64,000 bases of DNA from Octopus sinensis (GCF_006345805.1 NC_042997.1:155744001-155808000), one strand, 5' to 3'; positions 1 to 10,190 are shown, numbered from the stretch's first letter. Translations and numbers: made by a program. The notes: generated by a model from the letters alone, not told the origin.

Positions 1-429
1 TATTCAAATTCCGCCATGTCCCATCATAACAACATCACCTGGCTCTTGGGTGCCTTTAACTGAATCCATTGTTTTGCAAGCATTCGCACAAGGTGTGTCC
101 GATACGGGGGATATTTTCGTTTCAGTCACAGAGGCTCTGTAACTAGTCATGGGCACAGCCTTTCATTTCTGATAAAAAGAAATAAAAAGTTTAGAACTAG
201 AATTTCAGATGAGTGTTGGAATGAAGGATGAAGTTCACATGAATGTGTGTGTATGACAGAGAGTGCGTGTGTGTGTGACAGAGAGTGCGCGTGCGCGTTA
301 ACCCTTAAGTTGAAACCAGTTTGATAATTGCTAAAGCACGAAACTCTCGACCCTTGAGTCGCTCTGCCATTTTAGCCGATTATTAATAAAAAAAAAGTGT
401 GTGTGTAATTTTAATAAAAGTATTTATAT

Positions 430-857
430 ACTCATATCTTGAGTTCTATTTTACCTGCTTGCATCCCCATATATTGAGGCGAGGAAGACCATAATTCATC
501 ACCAGGGAAAATTTTGGACAAGATAGGACACACCAGATTGCTTTGATATACGAATGGGCACGCAAGATTCAGCCGAAGTCACAAACTTAGTCGGAATTTA
601 TTTACTACACCTGCTCCATAAAGAACTCCCAGAATTTGAAGGTGGTCACTATAGGGACGATGCTCTGTTTGTAGTTTGAAATGCCTCCAACCGTAAAATC
701 GAAATATATCAGAAGAGATTACATAAATTTTTCAAAAGCCATGGACTTACCATCACCATTGAGCAGGATCACACTTCTGTGAACTTCTTGGATGCACATT
801 TTAACCTCTTTACTTCAGCTTACCGACCATACCATAAACCTAATAGCAATATTACTT
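430..857 (+). mobile_element. Penelope-like element (PLE) reverse transcriptase remnant, degenerate
   Basis: Translation across stops/frameshifts gives EFY...ARKTIIHHQGKFW...FDIRMGTQDSAEVTNLVGIYLL...GGHYRDDAL...VNFLDAHFNL...YRPYHKPN. This matches PLE RT motifs (FDVTMGS.DGAE, GLYRDDGL, NFLD, Y.PY.KPN). Confidence 0.65.
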
Positions 858-1410
858 ACTAGCAGATACATAAAAGTATGGGATACATAAAAGATGTGCA
901 TTATAATGAGCATTATAAAAGGTGAGCAGATACCTGGCGTTGTCCTTGTTACATGCAATCGAAGAATTAGACTTTTCTGTTATATTTTCTGTAATGAACT
1001 GGAATACCTATGTTTCGAATTTCATCAAAATTGCAGATGAGGGTTATTTCCCTCTTTACATACCCTAAAAAAATTGTAATCGTGCCGCATGTATCCCATT
1101 CTACTGATTTTTATGCGCATATTCAAAAATTCCAGTCTTATAGAACCTGTTGAAAAGATTTTGCTCCTGAAAAATGGAGGTCAGACACACACAGACAGAC
1201 AGACACACATGTAATACTGAAATAGTGGAGAAGATATGATATTGCCGTGGGCTCACACTAGGCAAGAAGTTAAAAACTTTGGGGGCCTATGACATTACAT
1301 GGACCATAAGTAAGGCATGTGTAAAATTTGAATGAAATTGGTTGTGTAGTTCTCAAGTTTTAGGGATTCGCACAGACAGACACACATTCTCATCTTTATA
1401 TATATATAGA
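858..1410 (+). mobile_element. Probable non-autonomous Helitron-like (HINE/Lep1-type) repeat fragments
   Basis: Starts ACTAGCAGATA, has an internal (CAGA/CA)n microsatellite and an 'aaatttgaatgaaattgg...cagacagacacacattctcatctttatatatatatagac' 3' block. A similar 3' block lies at ~10370-10472. Confidence 0.4.
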
Positions 1411-1454
1411 CTAGTTTAAGGTGACCCGCTCTATGTGCAGGTGAGGGTGCGGTT

Positions 1455-1612
1455 GTTACTTTCTGTTGCTTCCTTTCTGTTTCTTATTGCCACATTCTCC
1501 ATCTTTGTTTCTCTCTCCTTTCTCTCTCACTTTCCACTCTCTTACTCTTCCTTTCTCTCGGTCTCTCCCTAGCTTTCTCTTACTCTTTCTCTTTCTCTTT
1601 CTATCTCTCTCC
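1455..1612. repeat. CT/GA-rich low-complexity tract
   Basis: Nearly pure pyrimidine on the + strand. Explains the spurious K/R/E-rich ORF 1456..1731. Confidence 0.85.
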
Positions 1613-2284
1613 CATTTATAAAAAATTAGATTTCCAAGCTTAAATGACAAATCCGCTTCCACTTTACCATGTTGAAAATTTGATTGAAATCGGGCAAAAG
1701 GTGTCCAATCTAGACCCCCAAGTGTCCCCAAAAATTAATAAAATCCCCATTTTCACACCAAAGCAGCCACTGTAGCATCCCAAAACATCTCCCAATCAAT
1801 TTCTCACCTCAAGTTACCCACTCCTGTAAATTTTAATCCCCTTCCAGCCCCCTTTTGATCCCTTTTTACATAAAAATCCAATTTGTATCAACGTTCGACT
1901 TCTTCATTTTATAGATTAGATGGCCAGATATACCTGCCCTTGCTAGGGATTAAAATAGTATGTTATTGTTTTACTTGTTTTGGTATTATAACCCGATTTC
2001 ATTCGGGTCTACACGGGTCACATTTTAAAAGATGAGGAATTTTGCCCTAGAGGCCTTGCCTTTCAATTGAGCAAACTCAAAGTTGCCATGCAAACTCGCT
2101 AGCACTTTTAACATAGGTGTGCATATTTTCAGCTCAATCCGACCACATATGCACACATTATATATCTATATCTATATATATATATCAATAATAAAGGGTG
2201 AAATTAATTAATTCAGAAATAATCATTAATTTCACCAAGTAGAGTTCGGCATGTAAAAGCCCCATTCAAGGAAGGTTTAAGTAA

Positions 2285-2762
2285 TACTAAGTAATTAAGG
2301 GTTTAGCAACGATTTGCCTCACCACACACCGAATTTAGAAATAGCAGTCAAAAAGTTTTGGCTATTCTTTCTACTTAAAAAGGAGATCCCAGTAAAACCA
2401 AAGCACTTAAAAAGCAAACGATGCAGGCAAAAGAGAAAGAAATGACAAAAATCATTCTATATTAAGTCACCTACGGACGTTTCGGAATTAAGTCATTGCA
2501 GAGCATAAAAATTAAATAATTATGTCTTACCTGACTATTTTCCTCCTCAGCGTAGGACTCTTCAATTATAAATAATTGCGTCTCAATTATTAATAATTGT
2601 GTATTAAATTTGAAGGTACTAGAAGACATCACCTCAACTCATGGTATCAGAGCGAGCGTAAGCCACTTTTAAGTAGAAAGAATAGCCAAAACTTTTTGAC
2701 TGCTATTTCTAAATTCGGTGAGTGGTGAGGCAAATCGTTGCTAAACCCTTAATTACTTAGTA
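2285..2762. repeat. 96-bp inverted repeat (arms 2285-2380 and 2667-2762) enclosing a hammerhead motif; probable PLE-related non-autonomous element
   Basis: The arm tactaagtaattaagggtttagcaacgatttgcctcacca...ctacttaaaa is the reverse complement of the other arm with one mismatch. (TA)n tracts lie nearby on both sides. Confidence 0.85.
2470..2556 (-). ncRNA. Type I hammerhead ribozyme with extended stem II
   Basis: Minus strand reads CCTACG-CTGAGGA-GGAAAATAGTCA...TGACTTAATTCC-GAAAC-GTC-CGTAGG. This gives a 6-bp stem I, exact CUGANGA and GAAA core, GUC cleavage triplet and a loopless palindromic (ACGU) stem III. Confidence 0.8.
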
Positions 2763-2884
2763 TATATATATATATATATATATATAACGGGAAGCTTTAT
2801 GAAAATAGACAAAAGACGAAGGCAGGTGGAAAACAAACAAACAATTGTATTAGTATGGCGCTCAGGAAATATAAATAAAACAAG

Positions 2885-2922
2885 TCTTTAACGTTTCGAG
2901 CCTACGCTCTTCAACAGAAAGA
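2885..2922 (-). ncRNA. Minimal type I hammerhead-like motif (CUGUUGA core variant)
   Basis: Minus strand reads TCTTT-CTGTTGAA-GAGC GTAG GCTC-GAAAC-GTT-AAAGA: 5-bp stem I, 4-bp stem II, palindromic AACGUU stem III, GUU triplet. Core A6 is U. Confidence 0.6.
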
Positions 2923-2994
2923 TACACAGAGAGAAAAAAAAACACAGAAAGAAGGAGAGAAAAAAAATGCGTGCAGTAACTAACGAATCAACAG

Positions 2995-3033
<39 letters not shown>

Positions 3034-3411
3034 CATATGCATTAAATATGTACATATATACGCATTATATATACATGTCTACACACATATATAAACATAT
3101 ATATGCTGGCACAGGTTGGAAAGTTTGTCACAGTTCAAGTTCTTACTCAAAGTTACTGTACTTCTGAACAGATCAGAGGGCCACATCTCACTTGTACATT
3201 TGTGCATTCCAATGTTTGGCTGGATGTCTTTTTTAAAACCAACAACTTTATACAAAATGTACTGTATGCATTTTTATTGCAGTATCAGCTAAACAATCTT
3301 CTCTACATTATATTGTATCCATTCATCAATAACTCTACAGAATGAACTGGGTGTATTTTATCAGGCATATTGGTATATTAACAAAATAAGTTTAAGAAAA
3401 ACTACTTAATT

Positions 3412-3420
<9 letters not shown>

Positions 3421-3448
<28 letters not shown>

Positions 3449-3850
3449 AATTATTGTATACAGTGCTCAGGTGCACCACAACTTGTCAGAAAGTGCGTAT
3501 AAAGCATATGCAGTAATGTACAAATGTCTGGAAAGTGAACAATGTATGAGTCAGATACATACTTGTGTGTATGGAGGGAAGAAAATCAGGTGTAGTGTTG
3601 GAAAATCTCAGAAAGCATGGAAGTTTTGAAGGATGCAGTGCTCCGACAACTAACAACTGATGCCGGCAGTTTGTTCCATGCTTCAGCAACTCTCAGCATG
3701 AAAAAATGTTTCCTAAAGTCGTGGGAGCTGTGCTGTTTTCTGACTTTGTAAATATGTCCATGGGTGTTAGACGGGTGGAGTTTGAAAAGGTGCTCAGAGT
3801 TATTGTTTGTAAGATGGTTAATAATTTTATGGGTGTACTGAAATCATAAT
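3421..3850 (-). mobile_element. CR1/L2-group LINE 3' fragment with (TTA)n tail
   Basis: Reverse complement aligns by eye to 56200-56517 (end of ORF, 3' UTR, gtgcacctgagcactgta, (tta)n). Confidence 0.8.
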
Positions 3851-4104
3851 AGTTCTTACCAGCCCTGAAACAAATTAAATGAAAACCAAAGAAGGTGCCT
3901 CCACGTGGTTGCTTGCCCTGCTATAAGAAGCTCACAAATCTCACTTAAATCACAACTTACTATCTTAAGCAATAAGTACTGGAATGGTCAAGGCTGAAAT
4001 ACTTTTGATCATAAGTTTGCATAGTCAGAGTTGTCCTGGGGCTAAAGAACAACAGTAGATCAAATGCTTCGTCATGTCTAGTTAAGAGTTCAAATCCAAC
4101 TCAG

Positions 4105-4545
4105 GTTCATCATCATCATCATCGTTTAATGACCGTTTTCCAAGCTGGCATGGGTTGGACAGTTCAACTGGGGACTGGCAAGCCAGGAGGCCTCACCAAG
4201 CTCCGATCTGATCTGACAATGTTTCTACAGCTGGATGCCCTTCCTAATGCCAACCACTCCAAGAGTGTAGTGGGTGCTTTTTAATTCAGACAATGCTTTT
4301 TATGTGCTACCAGCACAGGAGCCAATCGGGGCAGTGGGGCTGGCATCGACCAAGTTGGGATGGTGCTTTTTATGTGCCACCAGCATGGGGAGCCAGTCAG
4401 GCGGCACTGACAATGACCCATGCATGAATGGTGCTTACTGCATGCCACCAGCACAAGAGCCAGTCAGGCAGCACTGGCATCAGCCACAACTACAATTTCC
4501 ATTTGATTGTGATTTGATTTTTTATCTTGATTTTGATTTTACTTA
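4105..4545 (-). mobile_element. RTE-tail SINE-like repeat
   Basis: Contains the family block ctacagctggatgcccttcctaatgccaaccactcc...gtgtagtgggtgc and a (CAT)n tail, as in many other copies in the window. Confidence 0.8.
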
Positions 4546-4999
4546 ACTTCATAGGTTTCCTCAAGCACTGTGTGACTATTCAAAAATACTTCTTAAATAG
4601 GCTGGTTATGTGACACTGGTATAGGCTATGGCTGTGATCTCACTTTACTTGCTGGGTGTTATTTTACTAAAATAAGTACACTTTTCAATCTCCAAACATT
4701 TTTCAAAGTAAACAATATATTCTTCATATAGTAAGAATCTATGAAATAAATGGCTTATTTTCTTTATAAATTATGAAAATACTTAAGTTCTGTGCAACTT
4801 CTCTACATACAGAAAACTAAAATATGGCCTATCACAAAGAGCATTAATCCTTCACAAAATTAAGATAAAACCTCATTCAAAAATCATTCAAATGATAAAA
4901 AATAAATAGAAAATATGATTGGTATTTAGCACTAAGTCTATCCTAGCTATGATCATGTTATAAAGCAGTAGATTTGCAATAGTATTTTATAAGATAGTA

Positions 5000-5566
5000 C
5001 ACTTGCGTCGGAAATTAATTAGCACTTCTCAAATTTCTACATTTTCTTACATTTTCTTAATTTAATTAACTTATTATCAGAAACGAACTCGTTTTTAATC
5101 AAAAATTTATTAAAACATATCCCAGCACACCACATAATTGTTATTAATCGTGAAATTTAGTCAATATCTTGTTGCACCTCCTTTGGCAGCAATGACAGCT
5201 GCTACGCGGGTCGGCATGTTGTCTATGAGTGCCTGCAGGTACTGTGCAGGGATGGCCCCTCATGCAGCAAGAAGTGCCCCAAACAGCTCGTGTTGGTTCC
5301 TGTATTGCTGCACATTCAAATCCCTACTCAATCGACTCCAGAGGTTCTCAATAGGGTTCAGGTCAGGTGACTGGCCAGCACGTACTCCTCGCCACCAAAG
5401 AGGTATCCCGTACTATCTCAACGTACTTTGCTGCGTTGATGTTGCCTTCGATGGCATAGAGCCGCCCAACACCACTGTAGCTGAACGCCCCTCACACCAT
5501 CAGACCACTTCCACCATACTTCATGGTGAGCAAATCAAGGGTGCTAATTAATTTCTGACGGTAGTG
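5000..5566 (-). mobile_element. Internally deleted Tc1/mariner DNA transposon
   Basis: 26-bp imperfect TIRs (CACTTGCGTCGGAAATTAATTAGCAC / GTGCTAATTAATTTCTGACGGTAGTG) flanked by TA. The minus strand encodes Tc1 DDE pieces: ...GAFSYSGVGRLYAIEGNINAAKY... and ...SPDLNPIENLW...AAKGGATRY*. Confidence 0.85.
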
Positions 5567-5841
5567 TAGGTTGATTAAATCCTGTCAAAGTCAACCTTTT
5601 AGAGTCAATAAAATATAATTATAGAAGAAGACAATCTTTCACTAACTGTTTCCCACTATTTATATAATAAAGGTGAGCATCATTTTCAGTCTGTCTTTTC
5701 TATAAAAACTTCTATAGTTTGCGCTTAATGGAATGAACTGAATGTATATTTGTGATTCGAATTTAAAATATGAAGGAATGTAACTAAATACAGCATGAAT
5801 TTTAGTGGGGAACTCTCCCCCATTTCTGCTTTGATGAACAC

Positions 5842-5844
<3 letters not shown>

Positions 5845-5899
<55 letters not shown>

Positions 5900-5930
5900 T
5901 AATAATAATAATAATCATCATCATCATCAG
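5845..5930. repeat. (TAA)n/(TCA)n microsatellite
   Basis: Direct reading. Explains the poly-Y and poly-I ORFs. Confidence 0.95.
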
Positions 5931-7180
5931 TCTGAAACGAGCCACATTCAAGAAGGCTGCCAAGTAACAATGGTCAACTCTATCCAAAGCTTTTCAAATT
6001 ACTCTCTTGATGTACTGAATGAGGAAGTTGTTCTGGATTGGTCTGCTGGGAATCACACACATTTGCACTTCCTCGACTAAACTACCTATGATAAGCACCA
6101 ACATCTTTGCTCATAGGTTAACCAAAATCTTAAACTCTGCACTGGTTAGAATTATAGGTCTGTAATTATTTACAAAATCTCCCTTGTTAGCATTCTTACT
6201 CACCAATGCTACCAATCCCCTGTTCAGAGAACTGGGAATTATCCTGTTCTGCTGATAGTTATGATAGATGTCTCCCAAGAGGTTACCAAACAAATCTAGC
6301 TTATAACCTTAAAGTTTGTAAGGCAGACCATCCAAACCAGATGATTTTTGCCTTTGCACAGTTGCTCACCACCTCCTGTATTTCAGATTTTGCTCTTATT
6401 GACCTTTTGCAGCACCTCACATTTGCTAAGAAAGAAGTCACTAAAATTCACTAACATCTATGGCCTGTTGCTCACTCCAAGCAGTCAAGCAAAGTGCTAC
6501 TGGAAGGCTGCAAACATCTGCTTGGAATCAAATTGTATACTTCGGTATCATTCTCTCAAAGACCAAATTGAAGTTTTAGTCTCATGTAATGACTCTGATA
6601 TCTGAACCAGTCAAACAACTTTTACTAGTTCCTTTTTGTTTTAGTACATGATCTTTGGTTTGAGGTTGCATTAAAGAAATGGCTGATGGCCCTTCTTCCT
6701 CAGTTGTGATACTTTTTAATTGCCTCTTCTAGCTGGTTAATTTGTTCCCCTTCTACTCTATTTTCCCCTCTTACTAGCTCTTTACTAAATACTAATTATT
6801 CAGATCTAATTGCTCTCTTCAGGCAGTCCCATCACTGGTTGTTGATGGTTTCCCATAAAATTTCACTTGACTAGTCGACGAATCTGGTCCTTATAGTCTT
6901 CACATTCTGGGAAAAGACGTGTTTAGCTTCCAGTAACTGAGTTTCTTAGCTAAGTTGACTGAGCAGATCACTAACTTGTGGTCTGTATGTCCAACCACTT
7001 TAAACTCTGGACATCCTCACTATCCACTAACCTAATTCTATCTTGGTATAATCTGATAGCTCACTGAGGTTGTTCAATGTCCCTACCTACACATTCAGGA
7101 AATCCAGTTGATATTTTTCTGACGTTTGGACATGTCTGAAAAGGTTTCCAAGAGTTTATTCTTCCTTGTTCTAAGGCTTA
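5931..7180 (-). mobile_element. Degenerate L1/Tx1-type LINE ORF2 fragment (endonuclease end to RT start)
   Basis: Minus-strand peptides include GHTDHKLV, ...RGLVALVSKNANKGDFVNNYRPIIL...EFKIL and DRVDHCYLAAFL. Many stops and frameshifts. Confidence 0.7.
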
Positions 7181-7780
7181 CACTCACACAATCTCCTTAT
7201 TTTCATTTTGGGGTTTTTTGTATCTGTTGTTGCTGCTGCTGTTTGTGGTGTTTTTATTGTTATATATGTGTTTTCCTTTTGTAGTTGTTGGTATTGTTGC
7301 AGGTTTGGTTGTAGTTGTTACTGGTTTTGTTGTTCTTGATGTTGTTTTGACACTTGTGTGTATGTTATTTTGACAGTTGTGTGTGTGTGTGTGTGATTTT
7401 GCGCAGTTATTTTTCTTTTATTAATCTTTTTATTGAGCATGGGGAGTGGGGAGTTATGGGTTTTATATTATTTTAATATTTTTTGGTGTTTTGGGTAATA
7501 ATTTGCCTCTCTTTAGCTTCTTCCTTTATCTATTTGTCATTTGAGGAAAAATCAGTCAGGAAAAGTGAAAGCTGTTTGGTCCTTGTGTGTATTTGCCATT
7601 TGGACTCGTGTTTTTCTGTTGTTTTGTTTCTGCTGCTGTTGTTGATGTTGTTGCTGTTAATCATCATCATTAGTTTACATCCACTTTTTTATGGTGGTAT
7701 GGGTTAGATAGGTTTTTTTTGAGATAGTATTTTACAGTTAGATGCTCTTCCAGTTGCCAACCCATTAAGTTACTTCTTGT

Positions 7781-8043
7781 GGAAGCACGTGGCGTAGTGG
7801 TTAGGGTGTCAGCATCATGATCGTAAGAGTGTGGTTTTGATTCCTGGACCGGGTGACGTGTTGTGTTCTTGAGCAAAACACTTCATTTCACGTTGCTCCA
7901 ATCCACTCAGCTGGCAAAAATGAGTAACGCTGCGATGGACTGTCGTCCCATCCAGCTAGGGAACACATATGCCATAGAAATTGGGAAACCGGGCCCATGA
8001 GCCTGGCTAGGCTTTAAAAGGGCGCATTTATTTATTTATTTAT
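7781..8043 (+). mobile_element. tRNA-derived SINE with CORE-like central domain
   Basis: A-box TGGCGTAGTGG, B-box-like GGTTTTGATTCC, ttgtgttcttgagcaaaacacttcatttc...cactcagctg block, (TTTA)n tail. Confidence 0.75.
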
Positions 8044-8085
8044 TCTTAAGTTGCTTCAACCAAGTTGCACTCAAACAGTTGTAAG

Positions 8086-8873
8086 TTAATGACTGCAGAA
8101 AAGACATGTGTAGGGATGGAATTCCAGAGAGCTGAAGTTTCTCAGAAGAAAGGGTGGAACCTGGAGTATTGAAGAGAAGAAGAGAGACAAGAGTGTCTGA
8201 GTGAAGGTGACATGAGACCAGCCATTGTAGTAGTAGTGATAGAAAGGGCAGAACACATGTGGGCCAGCAGATGGAGCATGTTTGTAAATGACTTTATGAC
8301 AATCAGTTGACTGAACTACAGTCATGCAAGAGTTCACAATACTTCAAGAAGTAGTTGGGGTTGTGATCTTATATATATATATATAATTATCAACTAAGAA
8401 AGCTACTATAATGTAAGACTCACCATTCTTTGTCTTTATTCTCATTACCAATGTATCCTTATGTCTTTCGCTCTTCTTACTTCTACATATGACTCTACAT
8501 TCTGATAGTGTCTACCACTACAACTGGTAAACAGAAATGGTCGTAAATGTACTATTACTACCATTTTTCTTTATTAATTAATTAAATTAATGGCTTACTA
8601 GCAATTTTGTTATAACTGCCACAAAAGGTGTATTTTCCATCACAAAAACGTTCAAAAACTGTCAGCTGGAGGAAGGAGAGGTTTTCGGAGGTTGGTGAAA
8701 AAGATTGTCGGAGGTTGGTGAAAGAGGTTACCAGAGGCTGGCAACAGACACTCTTCACTCAGACACTCTTGTCTCTCTTCTTCTCTTCAATACTCCAGGT
8801 TCCACCCTTTCTTCTGAGAAACTTCAGCTCTCTGGAATTCCATCCCTACACATGTCTTTTCTGCAGTCATTAA
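8086..8873. repeat. Perfect 121-bp inverted duplication (8086-8206 / 8753-8873)
   Basis: Base-by-base reverse-complement identity. Also visible as identical peptides in ORFs 8086..8337(-) and 8628..8873(+). Confidence 0.95.
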
Positions 8874-8932
8874 GTTATCAGAAGTTGTCTAGAGAGGTTG
8901 TCAAGGGATGTTTTTAAAGGTTGGCAAGTTAG

Positions 8933-10190
8933 TTATTTGGAGGTGTTGAAAAAAATGTGTATTAATGCAATGTGTAAATTAATTACAGCAATATGTATAT
9001 AACTGTTTAGTTATTGAATTAGAATAGACGTTCATCAAAATGTTGTATGAACTGTAAATAAGCAATAAATATTATGATTTGCAAAATAAGTATAACTGAT
9101 ACAGGGTGTCGCAAGTCAGTGTGGTGTGGAAGTTTGGTTTCATTTTTTAAGAATTTTAAGCATTCAAAATATGAGTTCATTATACTGTGACAAACTTATG
9201 AAATACGTTGTGGAATGAAAAATGTATGTACTGTCATTGTAAAATTTGGACTTGAAAAATGCAGAATTATGGGCATACATAGTGTAATGAAATTTAATTG
9301 AAAACTAATCCTGCATGCATTGGCAGAATTTATTTGGAGATGTTGGAAAAATGTCTATTAATGCAATGTGTAAATTAATTACAACAATATGTATATAACT
9401 GTTTAGATATTGAATTAGAATAGATGAAGAATAATTGTTTTATTTTGTAAATATGAAACATAATGAATCAGAGACTTACTTGAGATCACCATTGTTGCAT
9501 TAGAGCAGGTTGTGAAGTAGAAGCACCCAGTCGTACTCTAACTCATCGTGGCATTTTAAGTATACATGTATAGAAATATATGAATGAAGTGTTAGAAGAA
9601 AATGCAATAATAATGTTCACACTCATTGGTGGTTGCTGTCAGTAACTGCTTTTAGCTTGTGGAGTTCTTGCTATCATAACTATCGAAAAGCAGCCAGAAG
9701 AATAGACATATTGTTGAGAATAAATGATTTCATTGGAGGTCTGTTATCTCCATTCCAACCCCTGGTGGCCTAGAAGAGGTTAGAAGGATCAAGTGGCAAA
9801 GACATTATTCTGCTTAGCGGAGGCATCTGGGAAATGTATAACTGCTGTTGTTCATAGAAGAACTATTGTTTTACTGTGAGAAAAGCGCTGTTGAAGTGTT
9901 AAGTGAAATTTGGCAATCGAGGATCGAATCCATGCTATGCCTGCATGAAGCCACTACAAATATGTTGTGGAAAAAAAATTTATTTACTGTCATGGAGAAA
10001 GTGTAACTGTAAAAATGCAGACTTATCAGAGTAATGGGCATTCAAAAAAATATGTATGTATAGAAATGTATGAATGAAGAAATTCAAATTAAGGAAGTGC
10101 AATAATAATGTTTAGCAGTTCAAAACTGTGAGTAGTGAAATGCAGAATTAGGTTGGCTGATCATTGGTTCAAAGTAATCGAACATAAACA
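8933..10190. repeat. Decayed tandem/direct repeat region
   Basis: ~96-bp direct repeat 8933-9028 vs 9330-9425. Recurrent blocks tgtatagaaat.tatgaatgaag...gcaataataatgtt (~9565, ~10055) and aaatgcagaatta (~9258, ~10013, ~10138). Confidence 0.6.

Noticed and set aside
312-350. Hammerhead-like TTGATAA-TTGC-TAAA-GCAC-GAAAC
   Set aside because: Two core mismatches, no clear cleavage triplet and no stem I that I can pair.
676-678. In-frame TGA in the PLE RT as possible selenocysteine (known in some Naiads)
   Set aside because: The fragment has other stops and frameshifts, and I cannot show that the codon aligns to a conserved Cys or find a SECIS. Decay is simpler.
1005-1035. Minus-strand TTGATGAA-ATTC-GAAACATA hammerhead-like string
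   Set aside because: No stem II and no convincing stem I.
7781-7850. tRNA gene
   Set aside because: A/B boxes are present, but there is no complete cloverleaf and it continues into a SINE body and tail found in several copies.
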